Source: Planctomycetaceae bacterium
GTDB taxonomy: Bacteria > Planctomycetota > Planctomycetia > Planctomycetales > Planctomycetaceae
Reading direction: 5' to 3'
Assembly: GCA_041688565.1 (NCBI GenBank)
Contig: JBDNHX010000303.1
Coordinates: 7,296-71,295 of the forward strand
Length of the DNA: 64,000 nt
Shown one piece after another: positions 38,124-46,819 of this stretch. The translations under genes were made by a program, and so were the position numbers. The notes under the pieces are model-generated. The model saw only the letters and a list, made by a program, of their open reading frames with translations, searched no databases and had not been told where the DNA came from. The first letter of the stretch is position 1; every line of letters starts with the position of its first letter.

Positions 38124-38846
38124 ATAGGGCAACCACTCAGCCCGGGGCAACTTCGAGAGAATCTCGAGATCCCAGGGTATCAACGCGAAGACACTTGGGA
38201 AGATGAACGTAAATCGCGGTTCATCGAATCTTTGCTGAGGGGTCTACCAATCCCATTTCTATTCTTTGGAGAACAACCTGATGGCAAGCTTGAAGTCGTC
38301 GACGGCTCCCAGAGGCTTCGAACGATTCAGCAATCTGTCAGCAACAATCTGCAAATTGGCGAACTCACTGAACTGACAGAACTTGAGGGGCTACGTTTTG
38401 AAGACCTGCCCGAATCCCGCCAACTCAAGGTGAAGAACCGATCAATCCGAGGAACTATTCTGAATGAACATGCGGATGAACAGGCGAGATTCGATATCTT
38501 TGAGAGAATCAATACGGGGAGCAAAATTGCCAACACCGCTGAGGTCAGACGCGGCGCTCTTTCTGGACCGTTCCTTGACCTCGTAGTCGAATTGGCAAAG
38601 GACGAGCTATTCATGAAGTTAGCACCGGTCCCGGAGAAAGGTGTATACACACGATTTGAGTCGCTTGCAATTTGCAGTTTTCTAGCGATTACTACTTCAC
38701 CTCAACTAAAGAAGCAGGTCCCGAACGTTTCAAGCTGGATTAACGGCGACGAATTTAAGAGCTACAGCAAGGCCGGGGGTGCGAACGCCAAACGCAGGTT
38801 GCGAGAACGACTGGAATTCGTGCGAGACAGGTTGTTGGACGAATGA
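38124..38846 (+). pseudogene. DUF262 (ParB-like nuclease, GmrSD N-terminal type) domain gene lacking a usable start
   Basis: IPGYQREDTWEDERKSRFIESLLRGLPIP and VVDGSQRL (DGQQR motif). No ATG/GTG/TTG lies in frame between the DUF885 start (37988) and the conserved IPxYQR block. The long ORF (37770) only exists by overlapping DUF885 antisense. Confidence 0.6.
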
Positions 38847-39583
38847 GTATGGACACTGCCGCATTTGACGAACGAGTCGATGAGCTCGAATCGTATATTG
38901 CGTTACTGGATTCAATCGAGCGAGCCGCGCAGACAGGTCCGCCAGCAATTGATGGCCAAATCGTAACGACTCGCCAACAACGCATGCTCTATTCAGCGGT
39001 TTACCTGCAGCTATACAACTTGGTTGAAGCCACGGCAACATGGTGCGTCGTGGCCGTTTCGCAGGCAACGGCACATTCGGGTGCGTGGACCGTCGGACAA
39101 TTAGAATCCCCAATCCGAAGCGAATGGATCCGCTCGACTGCCAGGACGCATGTACTATTGAATCCAGAGAACCGACACCAAACCAACTTGGTCTTTTGCG
39201 ACCTGCTCCTCCAAGGAGGAGATATTTCAGCGTGGGAAATCGAGAAGGGGAGTGGCGGCAATTGGGACATTGCAGCGATCGAATCGATTAGTGAGCGAAT
39301 CGGGTGTGTCCAGCAGATTGCGCCTGCCGTTAGTACTGCGGCCAAACGGCACTTCCGCAATGACAAGAGTTCGCTTTTGTTTATAAAAAATCTCCGAAAT
39401 CAATTAGCTTATGGTTCGATATCATTTGAGCAATCGGGGGAAAACGTAACGGTAAGCGATCTGATTGATCTAAAGACGAGAACAGTCGATTATCTCAGAG
39501 AGGTGATTCAGTCGTTTAGTCGCTACGTTTCGGGATTTATGTTCTTGGATGCAGGTGCGCGGCCAACTGCAGGAGGCGACTAA
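38843..39583 (+). CDS. HEPN-like protein (MAE_28990/RiboL-PSP-type), Rx4H motif altered
   Basis: 246 aa, with an ATGA overlap with the DUF262 stop. The C-terminal FIKNLRNQLAYGSISF resembles the RNxxAHG HEPN motif but has Tyr in place of His. The assignment rests on motif and context only. Confidence 0.5.
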   Translation: MSMDTAAFDERVDELESYIALLDSIERAAQTGPPAIDGQIVTTRQQRMLYSAVYLQLYNLVEATATWCVVAVSQATAHSGAWTVGQLESPIRSEWIRSTARTHVLLNPENRHQTNLVFCDLLLQGGDISAWEIEKGSGGNWDIAAIESISERIGCVQQIAPAVSTAAKRHFRNDKSSLLFIKNLRNQLAYGSISFEQSGENVTVSDLIDLKTRTVDYLREVIQSFSRYVSGFMFLDAGARPTAGGD

Positions 39584-39584
39584 A

Positions 39585-39936
39585 ATGATTTCTGGCGTTG
39601 ACCTTTTTTGTGGCGTAGGTGGACTCAGTCACGGACTGCAAAAGTCTGGCATTGATGTGCAGAATGGCGTGGGAGTGCCCCGCGCCCAGAATTACTACAC
39701 AATGCTTTGGTTATGGCAACGGACGATTCGGTCATCCGGAGCAAGACCGAGCCATCACTCTACGCGAAGCTGCTATGCTGCAGACGTTCCCAAAGTCCTA
39801 TCGTTTTCTGCCGAAAGGGGCAAAAGTCGTGTTCCACGTTATGGGACGCCTAATCGGAAACGCAGTGCCAGTTGCACTTGCGAAAGCGGTTGGTCGTGAG
39901 TTCGTTGAGCACGTAAAGGCCCACAGGATTTGTTGA
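39585..39936 (+). pseudogene. C5 DNA cytosine methyltransferase remnant (motif I fused out of frame to motifs IX-X)
   Basis: ATG at 39585 gives MISGVDLFCGVGGLSHGLQKSGIDV (motif I, FxGxGG). In another frame, from about 39690, HPEQDRAITLREAAMLQTFPKSYRF ... LIGNAVPVALAKAV covers motifs IX/X. The PCQ (IV) and ENV (VI) motifs are absent. Confidence 0.75.
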
Positions 39937-40870
39937 CAACCAAGGCGTGGCTTCCAGGCTTCTTGCTTACCACTGAACCGAATTAGCAGCCATGAGGCTG
40001 AAATCATCGCTCGAATAGCTCGTGTGGACATCTTGCGGCGGATGAGATAGCCATCGTTCACCTGATGAATCAAGCGGTGCAGCGGTGCCGTCTTCTCGGG
40101 GCTGATCGGGTGACCGGAAAAACCTATGATCATCGGAAGTAAGGCGAGCGGCAGATTAGGAACTACCAATCCGAACAACCGGACGCTAGCGCGTGACGGC
40201 TGATTTTATTAGCCGCAGGGCGCTAGCCCCCGGTTTTCGACGGTAACCAGAAATCTGCCGCTCGCCTAATGGCTCGATGAGCAGTTGGTGCATCATGCGA
40301 AATACTTCGGGATTGATTTGTTGTTTCAGGCGACTCCGCCAGATCATCTTCACGTGGCGCAGCGAGGCGACATTGCCGAATGGCCCGCTCTGATCGCTTT
40401 GGGTTTCATGAACAACACGGGCATTGCGGGGCCGGTTGAGAACTGCACTTCGTGCCGGACAGGCGGACTGTTGCTTTAATCGCAACTCGACGCGGCAGCG
40501 AGGGATTTGAGACGACGAATGCACGCAATTCCATCCCTCAATGACGTTTCCGGTTGCGAAGCAAATTCAAAGGGGTCAGGCTCAATACTGTTGGGCACGG
40601 CGTTGGATGTGGTTGCGGCGAAATCCGGGAAAACTTTGTGTGCGCTATCTTAAATTCCCCAGAAGCGTAACAAAGTGCGATCGGCGGAAAAAAGTTTTCC
40701 GTGTTTTTGGAACCGAAATTCGAAAACAGCCGTGTTTTGAAAGCGGTTCAGTTTTCTGTTCGAGTAGCCAACATTCCGAAAGCCTTGGCGCGTTCCGCCA
40801 CGGGCCTATAACGCCGACGCCCTGCCGCTCGCCGAAAACGGTAAGGACAGGGCGTGGATTTTGACGTTCG

Positions 40871-43135
40871 TTACCGACCTGTTTTGCTGGAGGTCTGGCG
40901 GAACCTCGGCAGTTCGGGCAGTAAAGGCGTTGCCTCGTCGAAGGGGGCCGGTTCGATGTGCGTTGCGTCGAACAGCTCTTCCGGTGGCTTGCCGAATGGT
41001 TTGGCTGGAGCCTCAGAGTCTTCCTTCTCACGAGGTAACGCTGGCTGTGTCTCCTCAAGCAAAGATTCTGCCGGGGCCTCCGGAACTTCCATCGACGGGC
41101 CAGCTGGAGTAACACTCGTGGCAGACTGATTTGGATCAGATGTCATGCCGTTGACAACGCCAGGGATGTGAGGGCGATCAGGATTGCCTTTCGCTTCCCA
41201 GGCATTTGGTGCAGCCCCACGAGTGAAGTCCGCCGGAACAGCGTCGACGTGCGTATTGTCAAGAGCATGCGTCATCGCCTCGCCCCGCTGTTTAGCATCT
41301 TCGTAGGCTTCAGGATTCCACTGGCCTTCCGCCAGATAAATCGAATTGGTCTGCAGCAAAGTTCCCTTACGGAAATTCAGCTCGGTAATGGCCTTGTTAT
41401 ATTCCACAATGCTGCGGAGATACCCCTGGTCGGCATCACGGCTGCCGATTTTCGCATCAAGGACGCGGTTAAACGATGCGACATCCCGAATTTCCTCAAG
41501 AGTCTCGCGCTCAAGCGTTGCATCGGAGAGACTCACAGACGAAATGGCTCGCTTGGCCCCAACCTCCGCCAGCAAATACCAGCGGTCCATTTCCAGGATA
41601 GCATTGTTCAGTTCTCGAGCCACCTCGACCTCCTGCTCCTGCAGGACGGCACGTGCTTTTCGCAGTCGAAGTTCATAGTTGCGGACCTGAGCTCTTGCAA
41701 GTCGCAAGCCGAGCGGCATCGAGAACTGAAGACCGGTGCCCCAGCCAATGTTGTCGCCCTGAGTGAGCGATTCGTAAGCGCTGCGATAGCCAGCGTCGGT
41801 CTGGCCATCGTCGTCTTCTGATCCGAACAATTGATCACCAAAGCCGTTGACTCGGTACTGAGACACAAAGTCCAGACGTGGACGAGACAGATTTTTGGCC
41901 GCTGTCAGCTGCAGTTCCAGACTGCGGATTTCCCACTTCTGACGACGCAACTCGGGACGATTGGCCAGCGATTCCAGAAGAGACGCTTCCCAGTCAGGAA
42001 CCAACTGAGCTTCGCTTGGTCGGTCAATCGGTGTCAAAAACTGGCCGTCATTCAGTGGCAGTCCCAGCAGACGGCGAAGGCGATGCTCTGCGCTAAGGAC
42101 GTCAGCCAGCGAGCCTTTCATACGTGCATCCGCCTCGTACAGTCGGCTGATCGCCAGGAGTTCAGCCTGCTTCATCTCCGCGCGGACTGAAAGAGAGTCC
42201 CGAAATGTGACGAGATCTTCAAACGTCTTAACTTCGGAATGGTAAAGCTGCAGTGCGAGATACAGATCCCAGTATTTGTTCTCTACATCTCGCGCAAGGC
42301 TGGTGACGGACTGTTCGAACTCCACCAGCGAAATGTCCGAGTTGATCCGCGAGATCAACACACCCTGCGACACACCGCTGACGCCGCGGAGACCCTGAGC
42401 CAGGGGACCGGCGATACGCGTATATTCTGTACCGAATCCAGCAAGCAAAGGCTGACGGTATTCTGCCTGAATGGATCCGGTGTACGCTGATGGAAACAGG
42501 CGAGTCAGATTATTCTGGCTGTAGTTCCATTCATGCTGAATCGCGACGGTTCCGGAGTTTGCCAGACTCTTTTCAAGACGCGCCGACAATTGTCCGGTAT
42601 CGTCTTCCAGCACATCGCCCGCCTGGAGGCCCAGATTCGCGGTGTTCTGCGGATCTTCGGATCGGCCCGACTGCAGATTGGCAGTAAAAATTGGATCGAA
42701 GTCTGACAACGCTGCTTCAACGCCACGGTTGCCGAACAGGAAGCTGGTTTCCTGAATCGCACTGTCATACACCGATGCGACTCGCGACGGGTTATTCATC
42801 AACGGATTGGCAGGGGAACCGAACGTCTGGTCTTCACGCAGAATGGCCGAGTTCGAAAGGGCCAGCTTAATGCACTCATCCAGATGAACCGGCCGCTGTT
42901 CCACATCTTCAAGACTGGTGATCGTCCGTGGCGGACGAAACAGCTCGGGATTGGTGTGATGGCCTTCCGGCTCAACAGGGTACTCAATGGCAGTCGCATA
43001 ATCGCGATAGTGACGAACGGGATTTTCTTCCCCGATCAGGTACTGCAACCGTGCGCCTGGGGCAGCACACCCCTGGCTGAACAATGCTGCGAGCAGTAAC
43101 GCTCCCGTGGGTCGCTTCCATCGGGTTGTATTCAC
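40871..43135 (-). CDS. TolC-family outer membrane efflux protein with Pro/Glu-rich C-terminal extension
   Basis: Signal MNTTRWKRPTGALLLAALFSQGC. Two coiled-coil/beta repeat halves are typical of OEP/TolC proteins (LSLSDATLERE..., NYELRLRKARAVLQEQEVEVAREL). The last approximately 130 aa are low complexity. Confidence 0.75.
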   Translation of the reverse strand: MNTTRWKRPTGALLLAALFSQGCAAPGARLQYLIGEENPVRHYRDYATAIEYPVEPEGHHTNPELFRPPRTITSLEDVEQRPVHLDECIKLALSNSAILREDQTFGSPANPLMNNPSRVASVYDSAIQETSFLFGNRGVEAALSDFDPIFTANLQSGRSEDPQNTANLGLQAGDVLEDDTGQLSARLEKSLANSGTVAIQHEWNYSQNNLTRLFPSAYTGSIQAEYRQPLLAGFGTEYTRIAGPLAQGLRGVSGVSQGVLISRINSDISLVEFEQSVTSLARDVENKYWDLYLALQLYHSEVKTFEDLVTFRDSLSVRAEMKQAELLAISRLYEADARMKGSLADVLSAEHRLRRLLGLPLNDGQFLTPIDRPSEAQLVPDWEASLLESLANRPELRRQKWEIRSLELQLTAAKNLSRPRLDFVSQYRVNGFGDQLFGSEDDDGQTDAGYRSAYESLTQGDNIGWGTGLQFSMPLGLRLARAQVRNYELRLRKARAVLQEQEVEVARELNNAILEMDRWYLLAEVGAKRAISSVSLSDATLERETLEEIRDVASFNRVLDAKIGSRDADQGYLRSIVEYNKAITELNFRKGTLLQTNSIYLAEGQWNPEAYEDAKQRGEAMTHALDNTHVDAVPADFTRGAAPNAWEAKGNPDRPHIPGVVNGMTSDPNQSATSVTPAGPSMEVPEAPAESLLEETQPALPREKEDSEAPAKPFGKPPEELFDATHIEPAPFDEATPLLPELPRFRQTSSKTGR

Positions 43136-43621
43136 GCGGTCAGCCTCCTGAAGTCAAAGACCGGGGTCTTCGACAACCTGTGATGCCCGGTATTTGCCTG
43201 GCTTCACGTTGCTTGATCTTTCCTGCCAACATGCCAAAGGCGCAAATCGCCCTGGCGGGTGGTGTCCTAATCGTTATCGTCAGAATAATCCGTAAACTTT
43301 GCCCAAACATCCTGACAGGATTCTTTAGGAGGGTCTGCCGAAGTGAGTCGGCAGAAACTGCCGATGCCTGTTTTTTACGGTCGGCTGCGGTCCATCGCGT
43401 CGGCGTGAGAATTCGGTAAGATGCGGCAGAGAGGTGGCTGACCGGAGCACGAATTTCGCCTCGAGATTTGCGAAACGCACTCCATTCAGATCACGTCCGG
43501 TCAGTCGGTGCGGTTCAGTGGTAAGGAGGACTTTCCGGCCGGAAAGTCTCCGGGAAGACTTTGAAAATCTGGTCGTTCAGGTCCTTCATTCAGCCGGTCG
43601 CGGCAGCAGGAACATGTGATT

Positions 43622-44059
43622 ATGGACTCAATAACACGGGTCACTCGGGAAACTCTGAAAGCGGGCGAAGTGCTGTGCAGCTACTGCACCGCCCGATGCT
43701 GTCGTTATTTTGCGATGAGCATTGACACTCCCAAAACGTGGGAACAGTTCGACAACATGCGATGGTACATGATGCACGGACCGCTCTCCGTGTTTGTCGA
43801 TGGAACGTCCTGGTTCCTGCTGGTTCCCGGCGACTGCAAGCATCTGCAGGCAGACAACATGTGTGGCACCTATCACACGCGACCACAGATCTGCCGTGAT
43901 TACACGACGGATTCCTGCGAGTACGACAACGACGGTGTCTACGACCAGTTCTTCGAAACTCCCGAGCAGCTGTGGGAATACGCTCATGCCGTTCTGCCCG
44001 CGCGGTCTCGTCGAGCCCCCGGTGGTCCCGTGTCATTGCCGGTGCTGCAGATGGCCTGA
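43622..44059 (+). CDS. YkgJ-family cysteine-cluster (CxxCxxCC) protein
   Basis: CSYCTARCC plus CKHL...NMCGTYHTRPQICRDY is the UPF0153/YkgJ pattern. An alternative GTG start lies at 43616. Confidence 0.75.
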   Translation: MDSITRVTRETLKAGEVLCSYCTARCCRYFAMSIDTPKTWEQFDNMRWYMMHGPLSVFVDGTSWFLLVPGDCKHLQADNMCGTYHTRPQICRDYTTDSCEYDNDGVYDQFFETPEQLWEYAHAVLPARSRRAPGGPVSLPVLQMA

Positions 44060-44287
44060 CGAACAGCACTGCTGAACGCGGGTTGTTTGTGGCGAGATGA
44101 CTGGTTGTTTCAGACAACTGGCTGTAGTAGTGGTGCGGAGGCGTTGTGGACCACTGCCGCGGGGGCAGTGGCGTTGGAAAGAGATTGCCGCGGAACTTGA
44201 AAAGGTTCTCAAGGCCTGTCCCCAAAATCGCGAACATCAAAGCAACACCGGGCGTCAGAACTGTCTGAGTCCTCATTTCCTTTCACT

Positions 44288-45652
44288 TTGAATTTATTGG
44301 TTAGCTTCGTGTCTGACAAGAAAACCCATCGCATCAAACCTCAAACACTTCGTGGCTTTCGGGATTTTCTTCCCGACCAGATGATGGCCCGTGAGCACCT
44401 GATTGATATCGCTCGTTCGGTTTATCGAAGCTATGGATTTGCTCCGATTGATACGCCGGCTCTGGAATATGCCGAAGTGCTGCTTGGTAAGGGCGGTGAA
44501 GAATCGGACAAGCAGGTGTTTCGTTTCACCGATCAGGGCGACCGCGATGTGGCCATGCGATTCGATCTGACCGTGCCGCTGGCCAGATTTGCGGCTCAAT
44601 ACGTTCAGGAACTGGGTGTGCCGTTCCGTCGTTACCACATTGCACCCGTCTGGCGCGGCGAACGGCCGGCGCGCGGCCGCTTCCGTGAATTCATGCAGTG
44701 CGATTTTGACACCATCGGCACGATGAGCAATTCTGCGGACATCGAGACGCTGTTTGTCATCAATGATCTGTGCGAAAAAATGGGGATTGAACGCTTCAAG
44801 ATTCGCGTGAACAACCGCAAAGTCCTGAACGGACTGCTCGAAAAATGTGGTCTGTCGGAGCATGCGGTCGGCATCCTGCGGTGCCTTGATAAGCTCGACA
44901 AAATTGGCCGCGATGCTGTCGCAACTGAGATGGTCGAAAAAGTCGGAATCACCGCCGAGGGCGCGTCGCAGGTTCTGAACATGGCTCAGCTGAAAGGCAC
45001 CCCCGATCAGGTTCTGACGGAGCTTGAAGGCATGCTGGCCGGAAGCCCGACCGGCGAACAGGGCGTGCGGGATCTTCGTGAACTGTTTACTTCGGTCGAT
45101 GCTTGTGGCTGGCCTGCTGGCCGTGTGTCGCTGGATGTGGCGATTGCCCGTGGTCTCGATTATTATACGGGCACCATTTACGAAACGCTGCTGGGCGATT
45201 TGCCGGAAATTGGCAGCGTTTGTTCGGGCGGCCGTTACGACAATCTGGCCGATCTGTTCACCGCGCAGCAACTTCCTGGAGTCGGCGCGAGTCTTGGTCT
45301 GGACCGCATGCTGGCGGCGATGGAAGAACTGGGCATGACGCGAAAAGCGACCACGCCGGCTCCGGTGCTGGTGACAATGTTCGATGCGACTCGCGTTTCC
45401 GATTACCTGCAGATGGGCCGAATGCTGCGAAAAGCCGGAATTGGCACGGAGGTTTATCCGGAAGCCAAAAACATTGGCAAGCAGATGAAGTATGCCGACA
45501 AGAAAGGCTTCAGACTGGCTCTGATTGCCGGCGGTGATGAATTCGCTGCGGGCCAGTGGCAGATCAAAGACCTGAAGAATGGCAGTCAGGAATCCGTTCC
45601 GGCGGCTAACATCATTCCGCATATCACCACACTGTTATCACCGGTTCAGTGA
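44288..45652 (+). CDS. hisS: histidine--tRNA ligase
   Basis: LRGFRDFLP, APVWRGERPARGRFREFMQCDFD and RGLDYYTG are present, with a C-terminal anticodon-binding domain. The start is uncertain (TTG at 44288 or GTG at 44309). Confidence 0.9.
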   Translation: MNLLVSFVSDKKTHRIKPQTLRGFRDFLPDQMMAREHLIDIARSVYRSYGFAPIDTPALEYAEVLLGKGGEESDKQVFRFTDQGDRDVAMRFDLTVPLARFAAQYVQELGVPFRRYHIAPVWRGERPARGRFREFMQCDFDTIGTMSNSADIETLFVINDLCEKMGIERFKIRVNNRKVLNGLLEKCGLSEHAVGILRCLDKLDKIGRDAVATEMVEKVGITAEGASQVLNMAQLKGTPDQVLTELEGMLAGSPTGEQGVRDLRELFTSVDACGWPAGRVSLDVAIARGLDYYTGTIYETLLGDLPEIGSVCSGGRYDNLADLFTAQQLPGVGASLGLDRMLAAMEELGMTRKATTPAPVLVTMFDATRVSDYLQMGRMLRKAGIGTEVYPEAKNIGKQMKYADKKGFRLALIAGGDEFAAGQWQIKDLKNGSQESVPAANIIPHITTLLSPVQ

Positions 45653-45699
45653 GGCAATTGGCCTGTGTCAGGCCAATTCTGGAATGCAGCGTGGTCGGC

Positions 45700-45825
45700 G
45701 AGCGGGTTGTTGATTTACTGGGTTTTCAGACCTCGAAACGCAAGTAAGGGATGGAATTGCCAGGGTTCTTCGCCACACATCCCTCGCTGACGCATCGGGT
45801 TAAGATTAAATCCACAACCCGCTGG
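45700..45825. repeat. interspersed repeat cluster (families C and E)
   Basis: GCGGGTTGTTGATTTAC is present. CACATCCCTCGCTGACGCATCGGGTTAAGATTAAATCCACAACCCGC is nearly identical to 49105-49150. Confidence 0.8.
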
Positions 45826-45907
45826 CCTGCCGGGCTTGTCCGCCTGACAGTGTCGGGTTTCAAAATTTCTGATCTTTTCTGGTTCTCCTTCCACGCACTG
45901 TGCCACC

Positions 45908-46747
45908 ATGGTTGAAAATCTTCCGTACGACACCATTCGACATAAAGCCCTGACCATTGAGGGCTATTCACGGGCTGCCGTGCAGAGTTACTGGCGAGTT
46001 CAGGAGCTGAAGATCGGCTTCGAACTGGGAGCCAGTCCGTGGTCGTTTATGGGGACTCAGTTCTTTCTTGTCACGCACGGGCATCTGGATCATCTTGCCG
46101 CACTGCCCGTGTATGTGGCTCGTCGCCGCATGATGAAGATGGATCCGCCGACGATCTACCTGCCTCAGGAAATCGTCGATGACGTGTGGCGAGTCCTGAA
46201 GGCGTGGCAGCGTCTCGATCGCGGCCGCATGGTGTGTGAACTTGTCGGCGTCAAAGAAGGCGATCTGATTACGCTGTCGCGTGAACATCGTGTGGCCGTG
46301 TTTCCGACAAAGCATACCGTCCCGTCGGTCGGCTATGTTGTGTACGACGTTCGCAAGAAACTTAAACCGGAATATCACGGGCTCAAGGGCGACCAGATCC
46401 GTGACCTGCGTCTGCAGGGGCTTGAGGTGGCTCATGAAACACTGACGCCGCTGCTGTGCTTCACCGGCGACACGTCACCGGCTGGCCTGGATGCTCATCC
46501 GGACGTCTACAATGCCGAAGTACTGATTACGGAAATGACCTTCTTTCGCCCCGAACATCGCAAAGAGAAGATCCACAAGTTCGGCCACATGCATCTGGAT
46601 GATATTCTGGAACGCGCCGAACGTTTCAAAAACGAACTGATCATTCTCGCGCATCTCAGCACCCGAACTCACGAAGCAGAAGCCCGCCGGCGACTTGAGC
46701 AAGTACTTCCCGAATCCCTGCGTCCACGGGTGCGGCTTTGGAATTAG
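45908..46747 (+). CDS. MBL-fold metallo-hydrolase (RNase Z-like)
   Basis: VTHGHLDH (HxHxDH) is present, later FTGDT and HLS histidines follow, 279 aa. Confidence 0.75.
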   Translation: MVENLPYDTIRHKALTIEGYSRAAVQSYWRVQELKIGFELGASPWSFMGTQFFLVTHGHLDHLAALPVYVARRRMMKMDPPTIYLPQEIVDDVWRVLKAWQRLDRGRMVCELVGVKEGDLITLSREHRVAVFPTKHTVPSVGYVVYDVRKKLKPEYHGLKGDQIRDLRLQGLEVAHETLTPLLCFTGDTSPAGLDAHPDVYNAEVLITEMTFFRPEHRKEKIHKFGHMHLDDILERAERFKNELIILAHLSTRTHEAEARRRLEQVLPESLRPRVRLWN

Positions 46748-46751
46748 TGTG

Positions 46752-46813
46752 CCCTCTCCCCCACAGGGGAGAGGGGACAATCCAGAACGTCCTTCTCCCC
46801 CGCGGGGGAGATG
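46752..46813. repeat. two CCCTCTCCCC/GGGGAGAGGG-type hairpins (family F) between convergent genes
   Basis: CCCTCTCCCCCACAGGGGAGAGGGG (46752-46776) and CCTTCTCCCCCGCGGGGGAGATG (46791-46813). Relatives lie at 36001-36025 and 36112-36137. Confidence 0.8.
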
Positions 46814-46819
46814 CGACAG

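Noticed and set aside
37770-38846. 358-aa ORF as the full DUF262 gene
   Set aside because: Its first approximately 73 codons are antisense to the DUF885 coding sequence, and the next approximately 45 codons show no DUF262 character. DUF262 similarity starts at IPGYQRE (about 38169). I annotated a start-less remnant instead.
44294-45622. 442-aa ORF antisense to hisS
   Set aside because: The + strand product carries unambiguous HisRS motifs (LRGFRDFLP, RGERPARGRFREFMQCDFD). The antisense translation is Arg/His/Gln-rich and motif-less, a typical shadow ORF of high-GC coding DNA.
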